Shown: piece after piece, positions 23,394-33,854 of the stretch
Layout: every line of letters starts with the position of its first letter
Numbering within the stretch: position 1 is the stretch's first letter
Source: an uncultured Rhodospirillales bacterium
Lineage (GTDB): Bacteria; Pseudomonadota; Alphaproteobacteria; Rhodospirillales; JABHCV01
Direction: 5' to 3'
NCBI GenBank assembly: GCA_938092065.1
Contig: CALKND010000035.1
Location: forward strand, 3,128-67,127
DNA: 64,000 bases
The notes under the pieces: model-generated
Databases searched by the model: none
Told to the model about the DNA's origin: nothing
Seen by the model: only the letters and a program-made list of their open reading frames with translations
Made by a program: the position numbers and the translations under genes

Positions 23394-24170
23394 ATGCTTC
23401 TTACCATTGATTCAGGTAACACCAATACAGTCTTTGCCGTTTTTGAGGATAGTGGTAATGTGCTAGGTGTTTGGCGTTCGTCCAGCACGCCGGAACGTAC
23501 TGCCGATGACCACGGCGTCTGGTTGCTACAGCTACTTAACCTTGCAGATATTGAGCGATCATTAATAAATAGTGCCATTATTGCTACGGTGGTACCGACA
23601 GCATTATTCTCTCTTAAAACTTTATGCCGAACTTATTTTGGAACTGACCCACTGGTCGTAGGTGATGAAGGTGTTGAGATTGGAATTGATGTCTTACTTG
23701 ATCAACCTAAAGACATCGGAGCCGACAGGTTAGTCAACGCCATATCAGCCCATCAAAAATACGGTGGTCCTTTAATAGTAATCGACTTTGGCACGGCCAC
23801 AACTTTTGATGTTATAGATAGTAATGGCAATTACGCTGGGGGCATTATCACACCTGGGGTCAATCTGTCACAGAAAGCACTGCACATGGCGGCTGCAAAG
23901 TTACCAAGGGTTGCAATTATTCGCCCTGAACAAGTTATTGGGAAAGGAACAGTTCAGGCCATGCAATCAGGTATCTATTGGGGATATCTCTCGATGCTTG
24001 AAGGGATGGTAAAGCGTATTGAAGAAGAATTTGGAATGCCTATGAAAGTTATCGCAACAGGTGGGTTAGCTCCTTTATTTGCTGAATCAACTGAACTAAT
24101 CGAATGTGCTGATGCTGAGCTTACATTGCGTGGCCTTTTTGCAATTTATCAACTGAATACTGCTTCATAG
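23394..24170 (+). CDS. coaX: Type III pantothenate kinase
   Basis: 258 aa. MLLTIDSGNTNTVFAVF phosphate-1 motif, IVIDFGTATTFD, and GADRLVNA. Confidence 0.93.
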   Translation: MLLTIDSGNTNTVFAVFEDSGNVLGVWRSSSTPERTADDHGVWLLQLLNLADIERSLINSAIIATVVPTALFSLKTLCRTYFGTDPLVVGDEGVEIGIDVLLDQPKDIGADRLVNAISAHQKYGGPLIVIDFGTATTFDVIDSNGNYAGGIITPGVNLSQKALHMAAAKLPRVAIIRPEQVIGKGTVQAMQSGIYWGYLSMLEGMVKRIEEEFGMPMKVIATGGLAPLFAESTELIECADAELTLRGLFAIYQLNTAS

Positions 24171-25817
24171 ATGTCTAACCAGGACGAGTTACTATTTCTC
24201 CCACTTGGAGGTGCTGGTGAAATTGGTATGAACTTGAATCTTTATGGCTATGGTCCCCGCGACCAAGAACGCTGGATGATGGTCGATCTTGGAATTACTT
24301 TTGGGGATGGTACAATACCTGGTGTAGATGTTATAATGCCTGACCCAGCCTTCATCGAGGAACGGCTTGATCAACTGGACGCATTGGTACTAACTCATGC
24401 ACATGAAGATCACCTGGGTGCAGTAGCCCATCTTTGGCGACGACTTCGTTGCCCAGTCTATGCGACACCTTTCACAGCAGATATTCTAAGTCATAAATTG
24501 GCTGAAGCTGGTTTAGATCGTAGTGTTGACGTAAGGATTATTCCCTTAGGAGGAAAGTTTAGTGTCGGTCCATTTGATCTTGAGCTAATTACTCTTACTC
24601 ATTCTATTCCTGAGCCCAATGCCATCGCAATCAGAACCCCTGTTGGTACAGTACTTCATACAGGGGACTGGAAGTTTGATCCTAATCCGGTAGTAGGCGA
24701 AGTTTCTGATGAAGTAGCTCTTAAAAAACTTGGAGAAGAGGGCACACTGGCAATTGTCTGCGACTCGACCAATGTCTTTAACGAAGGCACATCTGGCTCG
24801 GAAGGTGATTTGTTAGAGAGCCTCACTGATTTGATTTCAACACTAAAAGAGCGTGTTGTCGTTTCCTGCTTTGCATCTAATGTAGCAAGGCTTCAAACAA
24901 TCGCTGCAGCAGCCCAAGCCAGTGATAGAAGTGTTGTGCTTGCAGGCAGGGCTCTATGGAGATTTTCTGAAGTTGGACGTGCTCATGGATGCCTTCAAAA
25001 CACCCCAGAATTCCTTAATGAGGATCTGGCAGGTTTTTTGCCCCGCAATAAAACGCTCATTATATGCACTGGCTCTCAAGGCGAGCCACGGGCGGCACTC
25101 TCTAGGATTGCTAGTGGTTCTCACCCTCGGATTTCTCTTGATGATGGGGATGCAGTAATTTTTTCTTCACGAGTAATACCTGGAAATGAAGCTTCCATTG
25201 GCTATTTGCATAATCAATTAGTTCGTGCTGGAATTCAGGTGATTACAGAGCAAGATCACTTCGTCCATGTGTCAGGTCACCCGGACCGTGAAGAAATGAT
25301 CCGTATGTATCAACATGTACGTCCAACTATCTCTATTCCCGTTCACGGTGAATTACGTCATATGGCTGAGCATGCACGTTTAGCTCGTCAGAGCCAAGTC
25401 ACTTATGCCTTAGTAGGTGAAAATGGATCCTTGATGCGCATTGCCCCTGGCGAGCCTAAAATTATTGATCATGTTCATTCTGGCCGCCTTGCTTTGGAGG
25501 GAAATAGAGTAGTTCCTTTACAAAGTGAATTGATTCGAGGTCGAAAACGTGCTCTTTGGAATGGAACTGCAGTTCTTACACTAGTTGTCAATAAACAGGG
25601 ACAACTGTTATCTGAACCATTATTGACGACTACTGGTGTTTTAGGAGATGGTGATGGTGACTTGCATAATAATGTCATTACTGAAGTCAGACGCTCAATG
25701 GAGGAGAAGTCTTATAACAAGAAAACCAGTGAACTTATTCGGCTTGTTGTTAGAGGTGTGTTCAAGGAAAAACTGAACAAAAAACCGATAACCAAAGTTC
25801 ATATGGTCGAAATTTGA
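24171..25817 (+). CDS. rnj: Ribonuclease J (metallo-beta-lactamase / beta-CASP family)
   Basis: 548 aa. LPLGGAGEIGMN N-terminus, HAHEDHLGA zinc motif, beta-CASP region. The ATG directly abuts the coaX TAG stop. Confidence 0.9.
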   Translation: MSNQDELLFLPLGGAGEIGMNLNLYGYGPRDQERWMMVDLGITFGDGTIPGVDVIMPDPAFIEERLDQLDALVLTHAHEDHLGAVAHLWRRLRCPVYATPFTADILSHKLAEAGLDRSVDVRIIPLGGKFSVGPFDLELITLTHSIPEPNAIAIRTPVGTVLHTGDWKFDPNPVVGEVSDEVALKKLGEEGTLAIVCDSTNVFNEGTSGSEGDLLESLTDLISTLKERVVVSCFASNVARLQTIAAAAQASDRSVVLAGRALWRFSEVGRAHGCLQNTPEFLNEDLAGFLPRNKTLIICTGSQGEPRAALSRIASGSHPRISLDDGDAVIFSSRVIPGNEASIGYLHNQLVRAGIQVITEQDHFVHVSGHPDREEMIRMYQHVRPTISIPVHGELRHMAEHARLARQSQVTYALVGENGSLMRIAPGEPKIIDHVHSGRLALEGNRVVPLQSELIRGRKRALWNGTAVLTLVVNKQGQLLSEPLLTTTGVLGDGDGDLHNNVITEVRRSMEEKSYNKKTSELIRLVVRGVFKEKLNKKPITKVHMVEI

Positions 25818-25965
25818 TCATATAATTTATTGACAACCTCAATAGGGCATTCAAAAATAAACCTAAGAGCTTTCCTCAAAAAAAAGTCTCATTATTTATT
25901 TTATTTAATTCCAAAGACAACTGACAATTTCATTTATTTAACTCAAATGAGCCCCATAGGAAAAT

Positions 25966-26523
25966 ATGAACTGGTATTGCACTACAGCCCCAGGTGATCC
26001 AGTTCATGGACCTTATCATGACGACGAATATGGCTTGCCGCGAAACGGCGATGCAGTTCTATTTGAATTACTGTCCTTGGAAATATTTCAGGCTGGATTG
26101 TCTTGGGAATTAATATTGAAGAAACGTGCGACCACATTTAAAGCCTTTGAGGAATTTGATGTGGATACTATTGCCGGATACAGTGAAAAAGATATTACAC
26201 GATTGCTTGGGGACACAGGAATTATTCGCAACCGATTAAAAGTCACTTCTATAATTGAAAATGCCAAATGTATTCAGAAAATGCGTAACAATTATGGTGG
26301 ATTTTCAAATTTCCTAGAAAAACATCACCCAATGGCTAAATCTGAATGGGTCAAGCTGTTCAAAAAAACCTTTAAGTTTACTGGAGATGAAATAGTTAAT
26401 GAGTTTCTTATGAGTCTTGGCTATTTGCCTGGTGCTCACAGTCCTGAATGCCCGGCTTATAATCGCATACTTGCAAAAAAGCCACCTTGGACGCAGGCTG
26501 ATATAGCATTCTTTGACGAGTAG
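25966..26523 (+). CDS. tag: DNA-3-methyladenine glycosylase I
   Basis: 185 aa with YHDDEYGLP, LFELLSLEIFQAGLSWELILKKR, and terminal His/Cys zinc-snap residues (GAHSPECPAY). Confidence 0.92.
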   Translation: MNWYCTTAPGDPVHGPYHDDEYGLPRNGDAVLFELLSLEIFQAGLSWELILKKRATTFKAFEEFDVDTIAGYSEKDITRLLGDTGIIRNRLKVTSIIENAKCIQKMRNNYGGFSNFLEKHHPMAKSEWVKLFKKTFKFTGDEIVNEFLMSLGYLPGAHSPECPAYNRILAKKPPWTQADIAFFDE

Positions 26524-26584
26524 ACAGTCATGCTCTAAAGTCCGGCCAAATTGGTATTTTTTTAGTTTCAAGGCTCTTAATTAA

Positions 26585-27895
26585 ATGCGACTTTCCACTT
26601 ATTTTATGCCCACTCTTAAGGAAACACCTGCAGAGGCACAAATTGTCTCTCATCGATTGATGTTACGTGCAGGGATGATCCGGCAGTCTAGTGCTGGTAT
26701 TTATTCTTGGTTGCCACTTGGCTTGAAGGTTTTAAAAAATATAGAACAAGTCGTGCGCGAAGAGCAAAATGCCATAAATTGCCATGAAGTTCTGATGCCA
26801 ACTATTCAGTCTGCTGACCTTTGGCGGCAAAGTGGTAGATATGATGACTATGGTCCTGAAATGCTTCGTGTTAGTGACCGCCATGGCCGTGACATGTTGT
26901 ATGGGCCAACTAACGAAGAACAGATAACAGAAATTTTTGCTAATTCCATCCGAAGCTATAGGGACGTGCCCCAGCTTCTTTATCATATACAATGGAAGTT
27001 TCGCGATGAAGTTAGGCCTCGTTTTGGCATTATGCGTGGCCGCGAATTTCTTATGAAAGATGCTTATTCATTTGATTTGGATAAAGAAGGTGCACAAAAC
27101 TCCTATAACAAAATGTTTGTATCCTACCTCAAGACATACGAGAGACTCGGACTGAAGGCAATCCCTATGGCTGCCGACACAGGCCCCATTGGTGGCGACA
27201 TGAGCCATGAATTTCTTATTTTAGCCGAAACTGGTGAAAGTGAGATTGCCTGTCACAACGAGTGTCTGAATAACAATTGGTTAAAGGATGTGGACGCAGA
27301 TAGTAATCTGGGGAAAATTGTTCATACTTTTACAGAAAAATATGCTGCTACAGATGAAATGCGCGATGAGAAAACGGAAAGAGCTTTGGGGAGTAATCTG
27401 ATCACGGCCCGTGGCATTGAAGTTGGCCACATCTTTTATTTTGGCACCAAATATTCTTCCAAACTAGGTGCAGTGGTTACTGGCCCAAATGGTGAGGAAA
27501 TCACCGTCGAAATGGGGTCATATGGCATTGGCGTGTCAAGGCTTGTTGGCGCAATTATTGAGGCCTGTCACGATGATAGAGGAATTATATGGCCTGAGAC
27601 TGTCACTCCATACAAAGTTGGTTTAATTAACCTCCGACATGATGATGATAATTGCACAAATGCTTGTGATAACATGTACTCTTTATTAAAAGATGCGGGA
27701 ATTGAGGCCCTTTATGACGATCGCGATAAAAAAGCTGGGGTCAAATTTGCTGATATGGATCTGATTGGATTACCTTGGCAAATTATAATCGGCCCCAAGA
27801 GCGTTAAGGATGGCATCGTGGAATTCAAAAACCGCAAAACTGGTGAGCTTGTTGAACTTTCAGCTGCTGCCGCACTCAATCTATTGAAAGGCTGA
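26585..27895 (+). CDS. proS: Proline--tRNA ligase (short alphaproteobacterial type, no INS editing domain)
   Basis: 436 aa. [35 protein letters not shown]-terminus, class II motifs ([34 protein letters not shown]). Confidence 0.95.
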   Translation: MRLSTYFMPTLKETPAEAQIVSHRLMLRAGMIRQSSAGIYSWLPLGLKVLKNIEQVVREEQNAINCHEVLMPTIQSADLWRQSGRYDDYGPEMLRVSDRHGRDMLYGPTNEEQITEIFANSIRSYRDVPQLLYHIQWKFRDEVRPRFGIMRGREFLMKDAYSFDLDKEGAQNSYNKMFVSYLKTYERLGLKAIPMAADTGPIGGDMSHEFLILAETGESEIACHNECLNNNWLKDVDADSNLGKIVHTFTEKYAATDEMRDEKTERALGSNLITARGIEVGHIFYFGTKYSSKLGAVVTGPNGEEITVEMGSYGIGVSRLVGAIIEACHDDRGIIWPETVTPYKVGLINLRHDDDNCTNACDNMYSLLKDAGIEALYDDRDKKAGVKFADMDLIGLPWQIIIGPKSVKDGIVEFKNRKTGELVELSAAAALNLLKG

Positions 27896-27900
27896 GATTA

Positions 27901-29142
27901 ATGTTTTCTGTCTTTGAGTGGATGATGGCCATGCGCTATTTAAGGGCGCGACGGCAGGAAGGATTTATTTCTGTCATAGCTTGGTTCTCTTTGTTGGGAA
28001 TTGCCCTTGGTGTGGCCACACTCATCATTGTGATGTCAGTGATGAATGGTTTCCGTGAAGAGTTAATGACCCGAATACTTGGCATTAATGGCCATCTGAG
28101 CATCTATGCACAAAGTGAAAACATGACTGATTTTGATAACTTGGCAAAAAAAATTAGTGGACTTGAGGGGGTGGTTGATGTGAGTCCAATAATTAATGGT
28201 CAGGTTATGGCAACGGCAAAAAAAAGAGCCAGCGGTGCCGTCATCAGAGGCTTTCGAAAGGAAGATCTAGTTGCGCGCTCCATTGTTGCTGAAAACATAC
28301 AAGATGGAACTCTAGATCACTTTGACGATAATAGTGTCATCATGGGGACTAGGCTGGCCCGAAAACTTGGTGTTGGCATTGGACATGACGTCACACTAAT
28401 TTCACCTAAGGGAAATATTACAGCATTTGGAGTTATTCCCCGCATGCGTAAGTACAAACTTGCTGCAACTTTTGAAATTGGGATGTATGAGTACGACTCT
28501 GGTTTTATTTTTATGACCCTACAGGCGGCCCAAGTATATTTTAAGATGCCTAAAGCAGTAAGCAATCTTGAGGTTTCTGTCGTCCATCCTGATAAAGCTC
28601 TAGCTATTGGCAAAAACATCCCACCGCTGACGGATAGACCACTTCGTGTTCATGATTGGCAACGTGCCAATGCTAGTTTCTTTAACGCTATTCAAGTTGA
28701 ACGCAATGTAATGTTTCTGATCCTGACGTTGATAATTGTCGTAGCTGCTTTCAATATTGTTTCATCTATGATTATGCTTGTAAAAGATAAAGGCAAGGAT
28801 ATAGCCATTCTACGTACCATGGGAGCTTCCCGTGCAACCATTATGCGTATTTTCTTTCTCAGTGGTGCCTCAGTCGGGATTATTGGTACCTTCGGTGGTT
28901 TTGCAATGGGAATTGCATTCACCCATAACATAGAAAATATCCGCCAGTGGATTCAAAGCCTCACAGGGACAGAGTTATTTGCTGCAGAAATTTACTTTTT
29001 ATCACAATTGCCAGCGGTTGTTGATCCTGCAGAAGTTATTGCAGTTGTGTTGATGGGATTAGGTTTGTCATTCCTAGCTACCTTATATCCATCTTGGCGC
29101 GCAGCTCGGATCGACCCTGCAAAGGCTCTACGATATGAGTAA
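27901..29142 (+). CDS. lolE: Lipoprotein-releasing system transmembrane subunit (LolC/LolE family)
   Basis: 413 aa. FEWMMAMRYLRARRQEGFISVIAWFSLLGIALGVATLIIVMSVMNGF N-terminus, C-terminal FtsX domain. Followed by lolD, overlapping it by 8 nt. Confidence 0.9.
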   Translation: MFSVFEWMMAMRYLRARRQEGFISVIAWFSLLGIALGVATLIIVMSVMNGFREELMTRILGINGHLSIYAQSENMTDFDNLAKKISGLEGVVDVSPIINGQVMATAKKRASGAVIRGFRKEDLVARSIVAENIQDGTLDHFDDNSVIMGTRLARKLGVGIGHDVTLISPKGNITAFGVIPRMRKYKLAATFEIGMYEYDSGFIFMTLQAAQVYFKMPKAVSNLEVSVVHPDKALAIGKNIPPLTDRPLRVHDWQRANASFFNAIQVERNVMFLILTLIIVVAAFNIVSSMIMLVKDKGKDIAILRTMGASRATIMRIFFLSGASVGIIGTFGGFAMGIAFTHNIENIRQWIQSLTGTELFAAEIYFLSQLPAVVDPAEVIAVVLMGLGLSFLATLYPSWRAARIDPAKALRYE

Positions 29143-29815
29143 TGAAATTCTTTCCTTAAAAAACATTAAACGAACTTTTACGCAGGGTAAAAACCAGCTC
29201 AATATTTTAAAGGGAAGTGATATTTCTTTGAGTGAAGGTGAAGTGGTTGCACTAGTCGGCCCAAGTGGTTCAGGAAAGTCAACCTTGTTACATATCGCAG
29301 GTCTACTTGAAAAGCCAGACAGTGGTACAATAACAATATGTGGGGAACCCTGCAGCAATATGGATGATGACAATCGTACTCGCGTACGACGTCATAACCT
29401 TGGTTTTGTCTACCAGCACCACCATTTGTTACCGGAATTTTCAGCTTTGGAAAATATTTCCATTCCTCAGATTATTAATGGAAAAAGTAAAAAAGTCTCT
29501 CGTAAACGGGCTAAAGAATTGCTTGAGTGGCTCGGTCTGTCAGAACGTTCAACCCACCGCCCAGCTCGCTTATCCGGTGGGGAACAGCAGCGTGTAGCTA
29601 TTGGTCGCGCCTTATCTAATGCACCAAAGTTACTTTTGGCTGATGAGCCAACGGGCAATCTTGATCCTCATACTGCCGATGAAATTTTTAATGTTCTTAT
29701 GCGCCTAGCCCGTGGTGCCGGCCTGACAGCTTTAATTGCTACACATAATACACAGCTTGCCTCACGTATGGATCGTGTAATTACTCTTCATGAAGGATAT
29801 GTTGTCGATGCCTAA
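29135..29815 (+). CDS. lolD: Lipoprotein-releasing system ATP-binding protein
   Basis: 226 aa ABC ATPase. Walker [10 protein letters not shown], signature [10 protein letters not shown], Walker [13 protein letters not shown]. Confidence 0.92.
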   Translation: MSNEILSLKNIKRTFTQGKNQLNILKGSDISLSEGEVVALVGPSGSGKSTLLHIAGLLEKPDSGTITICGEPCSNMDDDNRTRVRRHNLGFVYQHHHLLPEFSALENISIPQIINGKSKKVSRKRAKELLEWLGLSERSTHRPARLSGGEQQRVAIGRALSNAPKLLLADEPTGNLDPHTADEIFNVLMRLARGAGLTALIATHNTQLASRMDRVITLHEGYVVDA

Positions 29816-30064
29816 TCAACCGTTGTAGCTCTTTAGTCTTCGTTTTAGTGCTCTATCTCTTTTTATTTCCATCTCCCTACGTAGTGCATCACCATGCTCA
29901 AATGGTCCTTCTGAGTAGGTTAGTTGCCATAACCCCCGACCACGGGTAAACTTTGCTCCCTTACCGCTGTTATGCAAGTTAATGCGTCGCTCAATATCTT
30001 TGGAGATGCCTGTATAAAGCGTATTTTTTTGATTTTTAATTACGTAAACGAAAAATTCTTTCAT
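29816..30064 (-). CDS. Stand-alone GIY-YIG domain protein (UPF0213/YhbQ-like)
   Basis: 82 aa. FVYVIKNQKNTLYTGISKDIERRINLHNSGKGAKFTRGRG carries the GIY..YIG-type strand pair, the Arg of the catalytic core and a downstream E (REMEIKR). Confidence 0.8.
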   Translation of the reverse strand: MKEFFVYVIKNQKNTLYTGISKDIERRINLHNSGKGAKFTRGRGLWQLTYSEGPFEHGDALRREMEIKRDRALKRRLKSYNG

Positions 30065-30146
30065 GTACTGAAATGTACACAGAAAGCTATCAATTGGGGA
30101 TAACTTCTTGATGACCCAAGAGGCTAGCTGTGGGACTCTTCTAACT

Positions 30147-33100
30147 ATGAGCGAGTCCCAAGTAAAACACGCAGATTTTGTACACCTGAGGGTTCATACA
30201 GCGTTTTCTCTTTCAGAGGGCGCAATAAGAATTACTGAATTGGTAAAAATCTGTAAAGAACAGCTTATGCCAGCTGTCGCCATTACCGATACTAACAATC
30301 TGTTTGGTGGGCTTGAGTTTTCATCTGCCTGTGTTGAGGCTGGTATTCAACCTATTATTGGATGTCAGGTTTCAGTAACGCGCAAAAAATCTGATGACGC
30401 AAGTTTTGGCCATCCAGGTCTTAACGCATGCGATAATTTAGTTTTGCTTGTAAAGAATGATAAGGGCTACACAAATCTTCTAAAGCTTTTGGGGCTGGCG
30501 TATCTTGGTCATGCAAACAATGAAGAAATTTCTGATGAGCCACAAGTTAGCCTTGCTGAACTGAAGGAATTTAGCGACGGCTTATTAGCACTCAGTGGAG
30601 GTCCAAAGGGCCCAGTCGGGCATTTGCTAGCAGAAGGCCAGTATGACTCGGCTGAAGCATTATTGACTACTCTTAAAGAAGCCTTTCCTGATCGACTATA
30701 CATAGAAATTATGCGCCATGGAATGGAGGAAGAAAGTCTCACGGAGTCTAAATTTATTGAACTTGCCTATAAATATGACTTGCCATTGGTCGCTACCAAC
30801 GAGCCTTTTTTTACAACCCCTGATATGTATGAGGCCCATGATGCACTTATTTGCATCGCTGCGGGAGCTTATGTCAGTCAAACGGAAAGACGGCGTATCA
30901 CTCAACAGCACTATTTTAAGTCCGCCGACGAAATGCGTGCCTTGTTTGTGGACTTACCGGAAGCAATTAATAACACGCTCATTATCGCTCAGCGTTGTGC
31001 AAGCAAGGTAGAAAAAATTGATCCTATACTGCCACCTTATGATTGTGGTGAAGGACGCACCGAAAAAAGTGAACTTCATGATCAATCCACTGCAGGACTC
31101 GAAGTGCGCCTTAAAAATGAGGTTTTCAAAGAAGGCATAAGTGAACCCTATAAGATTAAAATTGCCAAACCTTACCGTGAACGTCTTAAGTATGAATTGG
31201 GTGTCATTTCTAAAATGGGCTTCCCAGGTTACTTCCTGATTGTTGCTGATTTTGTCAATTGGTCTAAACAAAACAATATTCCTGTTGGCCCTGGCCGTGG
31301 TTCAGGTGCTGGATCAGTAGTTGCCTGGGCGTTGGCAATCACGGACCTTGACCCGCTTCGTTGGGGTTTGCTATTTGAACGTTTCCTTAATCCAGAACGT
31401 GTTTCAATGCCCGATTTTGACATTGATTTCTGTCAGGATCGCAGAGACGATGTGATCCGTTACGTGCAGACAAAATATGGTCGAAATCATGTTGCCCAGA
31501 TTATCACTTTTGGGAAGCTTCAGGCCCGCGCCGTGCTTCGTGATGTGGGTCGGGTTCTTGAAATGCCCTACGGTCAGGTTGACCGTATTTGCAAACTAAT
31601 ACCCAACAATCCTGCAAATCCAACGACTTTGAGTGAAGCAATAGAGAATGAAAAAAAGTTTAAAGATGAAATAAAAGAAGACGCCTCAGTCGAAAAACTC
31701 ATCAAAATAGGTCTTAGGTTAGAAGGTCTTTATCGCCATGCCTCCACTCACGCTGCTGGTGTGGTTATTGGTGACAGACCTTTGGATGAGTTAATTCCAC
31801 TTTATCGTGATCCACGGTCTGATATGCCAGTCACCGGATTCAATATGAAGTATGTTGAAGCTGCGGGTCTTGTAAAATTTGATTTCCTTGGCTTGAAAAC
31901 CCTGACCGTTCTAGCTAAGGCAATTGAACTGATCAGTAATAGGGGAGTCAATATTAATTTATTATCGATACCACTTGATGATAAGAAAACATATCAAATG
32001 CTCTCTCGAGGCGATTCAATAGGTGTTTTTCAACTAGAAAGCACTGGCATGCGCGATGTGATCCGTAAGCTTAAACCCGACACATTTGAGGACATTATAG
32101 CTATTGTCGCACTTTACCGTCCTGGCCCAATGGAAAACATTCCAAGCTATATAGCTCGTAAGCATGGTTTAGAAGAACCTGATTACCTATACCCTACCCT
32201 TGAAGGTATCCTCAAAGAAACCTTTGGCATTATGATTTATCAAGAACAAGTTATGCAGGTCGCACAGGAACTTTCAGGCTACACTTTAGGTAATGCTGAT
32301 TTGCTCCGCAGGGCAATGGGTAAAAAAGATCAGGCAGAGATGGATAAACAACGTCAGGCCTTCGTAAATGGTGCAAATGCAAAAGGTGTCCCAAAAGATA
32401 AAGCATCTAAAATTTTTGATCAGGTGAATATGTTTGCTGGCTACGGATTCAATAAATCTCATGCAGCTGCCTATGCACTAGTAGCCTATCAAACAGCTTT
32501 TTTTAAGGCTAACTATCCCGTTGAATTTCTTGCAGCTTCCATGACCTTGGATATTAACAATACAGACAAGCTAAATCTTTTTCGGCAGGAATTATCTCAT
32601 CTTGGAGTGGAAGTTCTTGGACCAGATGTAAATGCATCAGCGGCTGATTTTCAAGTTGAGACCTGTAGTAATGGCAAGAGTGGAGTTCGCTACGCTTTGG
32701 CAGCCGTAAAAAATGTTGGTGATGCAGCTATGAGCTCATTGGTAGAAGAACGTATTCAAAATGGTCCATTCCAAGACATTACAGATTTTACTCAACGTGT
32801 TGATACTAAAGTTGTCAACAAACGGCTTATGGAGAATCTAGTTAAAGCAGGTGCATTTGACAAACTCGAGCCAAATCGTCGTCGCATTTATAAAGGTATC
32901 GAAGTTATCATGCGTCATGCCAGTGTTGCTGCCCATGACCGCAAAAGCAATCAAATTGGATTGTTTGATGCTGAAAATTCACAAATGCAATCCGTCATCT
33001 TACCTACTACTTCTGACTGGTCACAAACAGACAGGATGAAGGAGGAATTTGACGCTGTTGGTTTTTATTTATCAGGTCACCCGCTAGATTCTTATGCAAA

Positions 33101-33653
33101 AAGTCTTGAGCGGCTAAAAGTGCGTTCTTCTGTCGATATCATCAGAGAAGGCCAGCCCGGTCCTGCCAATATGGCAGGAACAGTTATTAGTAAGATCGAG
33201 CGTACATCAAGCAAAGGTAACCGCTATGCTTTTGTCCAGTTGACTGATGTATCTGGTATTTTTGAAATAATGGTGTTTTCTGAGCTACTGTCAGCGGCGC
33301 AGGAATTATTTGAATCTGGGAATTCACTATTCATAAAAGCAGGGGTACAATTTCAAGAGGAGATACCCAAGTTCACCGCCAATATGGTTGAAGCATTAGA
33401 TGAAGTTGCCTCAAAGGCGCAGACAGGGATAAATATCACAATTTGTTCTCCTGAACCTCTAGAAAATATTCAGAATGCACTCAGAAATAGTAATAAAAAT
33501 GGAGAAAATAGAGGAGGAGAGGTGATCTTTACCACAAGGCTAGAAGATGGCAGGGAAGTAGATATCAAACTTAAAGGGGGTTTTGAAATCACCCAGGATA
33601 TTCTTCAAAATATTAGATCCATTCCTAGCATTGAAAACTTATGTGAGAATTAA
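30147..33653 (+). CDS. dnaE: DNA polymerase III alpha subunit
   Basis: About 1168 aa. PHP domain FVHLRVHTAFSLSEGA, palm region PGRGSGAGSVVAWALAITDLDP and MPDFDIDF, C-terminal OB fold. The track ORF extends to TTG 30108 / ATG 30111. I prefer ATG 30147 by N-terminal length comparison, but the start is uncertain. Confidence 0.95.
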   Translation: MSESQVKHADFVHLRVHTAFSLSEGAIRITELVKICKEQLMPAVAITDTNNLFGGLEFSSACVEAGIQPIIGCQVSVTRKKSDDASFGHPGLNACDNLVLLVKNDKGYTNLLKLLGLAYLGHANNEEISDEPQVSLAELKEFSDGLLALSGGPKGPVGHLLAEGQYDSAEALLTTLKEAFPDRLYIEIMRHGMEEESLTESKFIELAYKYDLPLVATNEPFFTTPDMYEAHDALICIAAGAYVSQTERRRITQQHYFKSADEMRALFVDLPEAINNTLIIAQRCASKVEKIDPILPPYDCGEGRTEKSELHDQSTAGLEVRLKNEVFKEGISEPYKIKIAKPYRERLKYELGVISKMGFPGYFLIVADFVNWSKQNNIPVGPGRGSGAGSVVAWALAITDLDPLRWGLLFERFLNPERVSMPDFDIDFCQDRRDDVIRYVQTKYGRNHVAQIITFGKLQARAVLRDVGRVLEMPYGQVDRICKLIPNNPANPTTLSEAIENEKKFKDEIKEDASVEKLIKIGLRLEGLYRHASTHAAGVVIGDRPLDELIPLYRDPRSDMPVTGFNMKYVEAAGLVKFDFLGLKTLTVLAKAIELISNRGVNINLLSIPLDDKKTYQMLSRGDSIGVFQLESTGMRDVIRKLKPDTFEDIIAIVALYRPGPMENIPSYIARKHGLEEPDYLYPTLEGILKETFGIMIYQEQVMQVAQELSGYTLGNADLLRRAMGKKDQAEMDKQRQAFVNGANAKGVPKDKASKIFDQVNMFAGYGFNKSHAAAYALVAYQTAFFKANYPVEFLAASMTLDINNTDKLNLFRQELSHLGVEVLGPDVNASAADFQVETCSNGKSGVRYALAAVKNVGDAAMSSLVEERIQNGPFQDITDFTQRVDTKVVNKRLMENLVKAGAFDKLEPNRRRIYKGIEVIMRHASVAAHDRKSNQIGLFDAENSQMQSVILPTTSDWSQTDRMKEEFDAVGFYLSGHPLDSYAKSLERLKVRSSVDIIREGQPGPANMAGTVISKIERTSSKGNRYAFVQLTDVSGIFEIMVFSELLSAAQELFESGNSLFIKAGVQFQEEIPKFTANMVEALDEVASKAQTGINITICSPEPLENIQNALRNSNKNGENRGGEVIFTTRLEDGREVDIKLKGGFEITQDILQNIRSIPSIENLCEN

Positions 33654-33854
33654 ACTATACTTGTTGTATAGAATACAACCCTTGTTAATTTTTATGATGC
33701 AACTATCCATACACAAAGAATTACAATTAAATAACGCAATGTATCTCCAAAGGGCTATTCCATTTTAAACGGGTTTATCTGCAAACAAATAACACTGCTC
33801 CTTGTTGCAATCTTAAAAGGTGAGGATATTCTTATTATGAATGAGAAGCTCTAA

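Noticed and set aside
30065-30107. Possible SOS/LexA box upstream of dnaE (CTGAAATGTACACAG)
   Set aside because: The spacing does not fit the CTGT-N8-ACAG box. It is also unlike the alphaproteobacterial direct-repeat GTTC-N7-GTTC LexA motif.
33654-33854. Small hairpins after dnaE (GTTGTAT-AGA-ATACAAC) and a 5-codon uORF abutting the mobA start
   Set aside because: The stem is short and AT-rich with no clear U-tract. The uORF (MNEKL) has no SD. Neither rises above what an AT-rich spacer would produce by chance.
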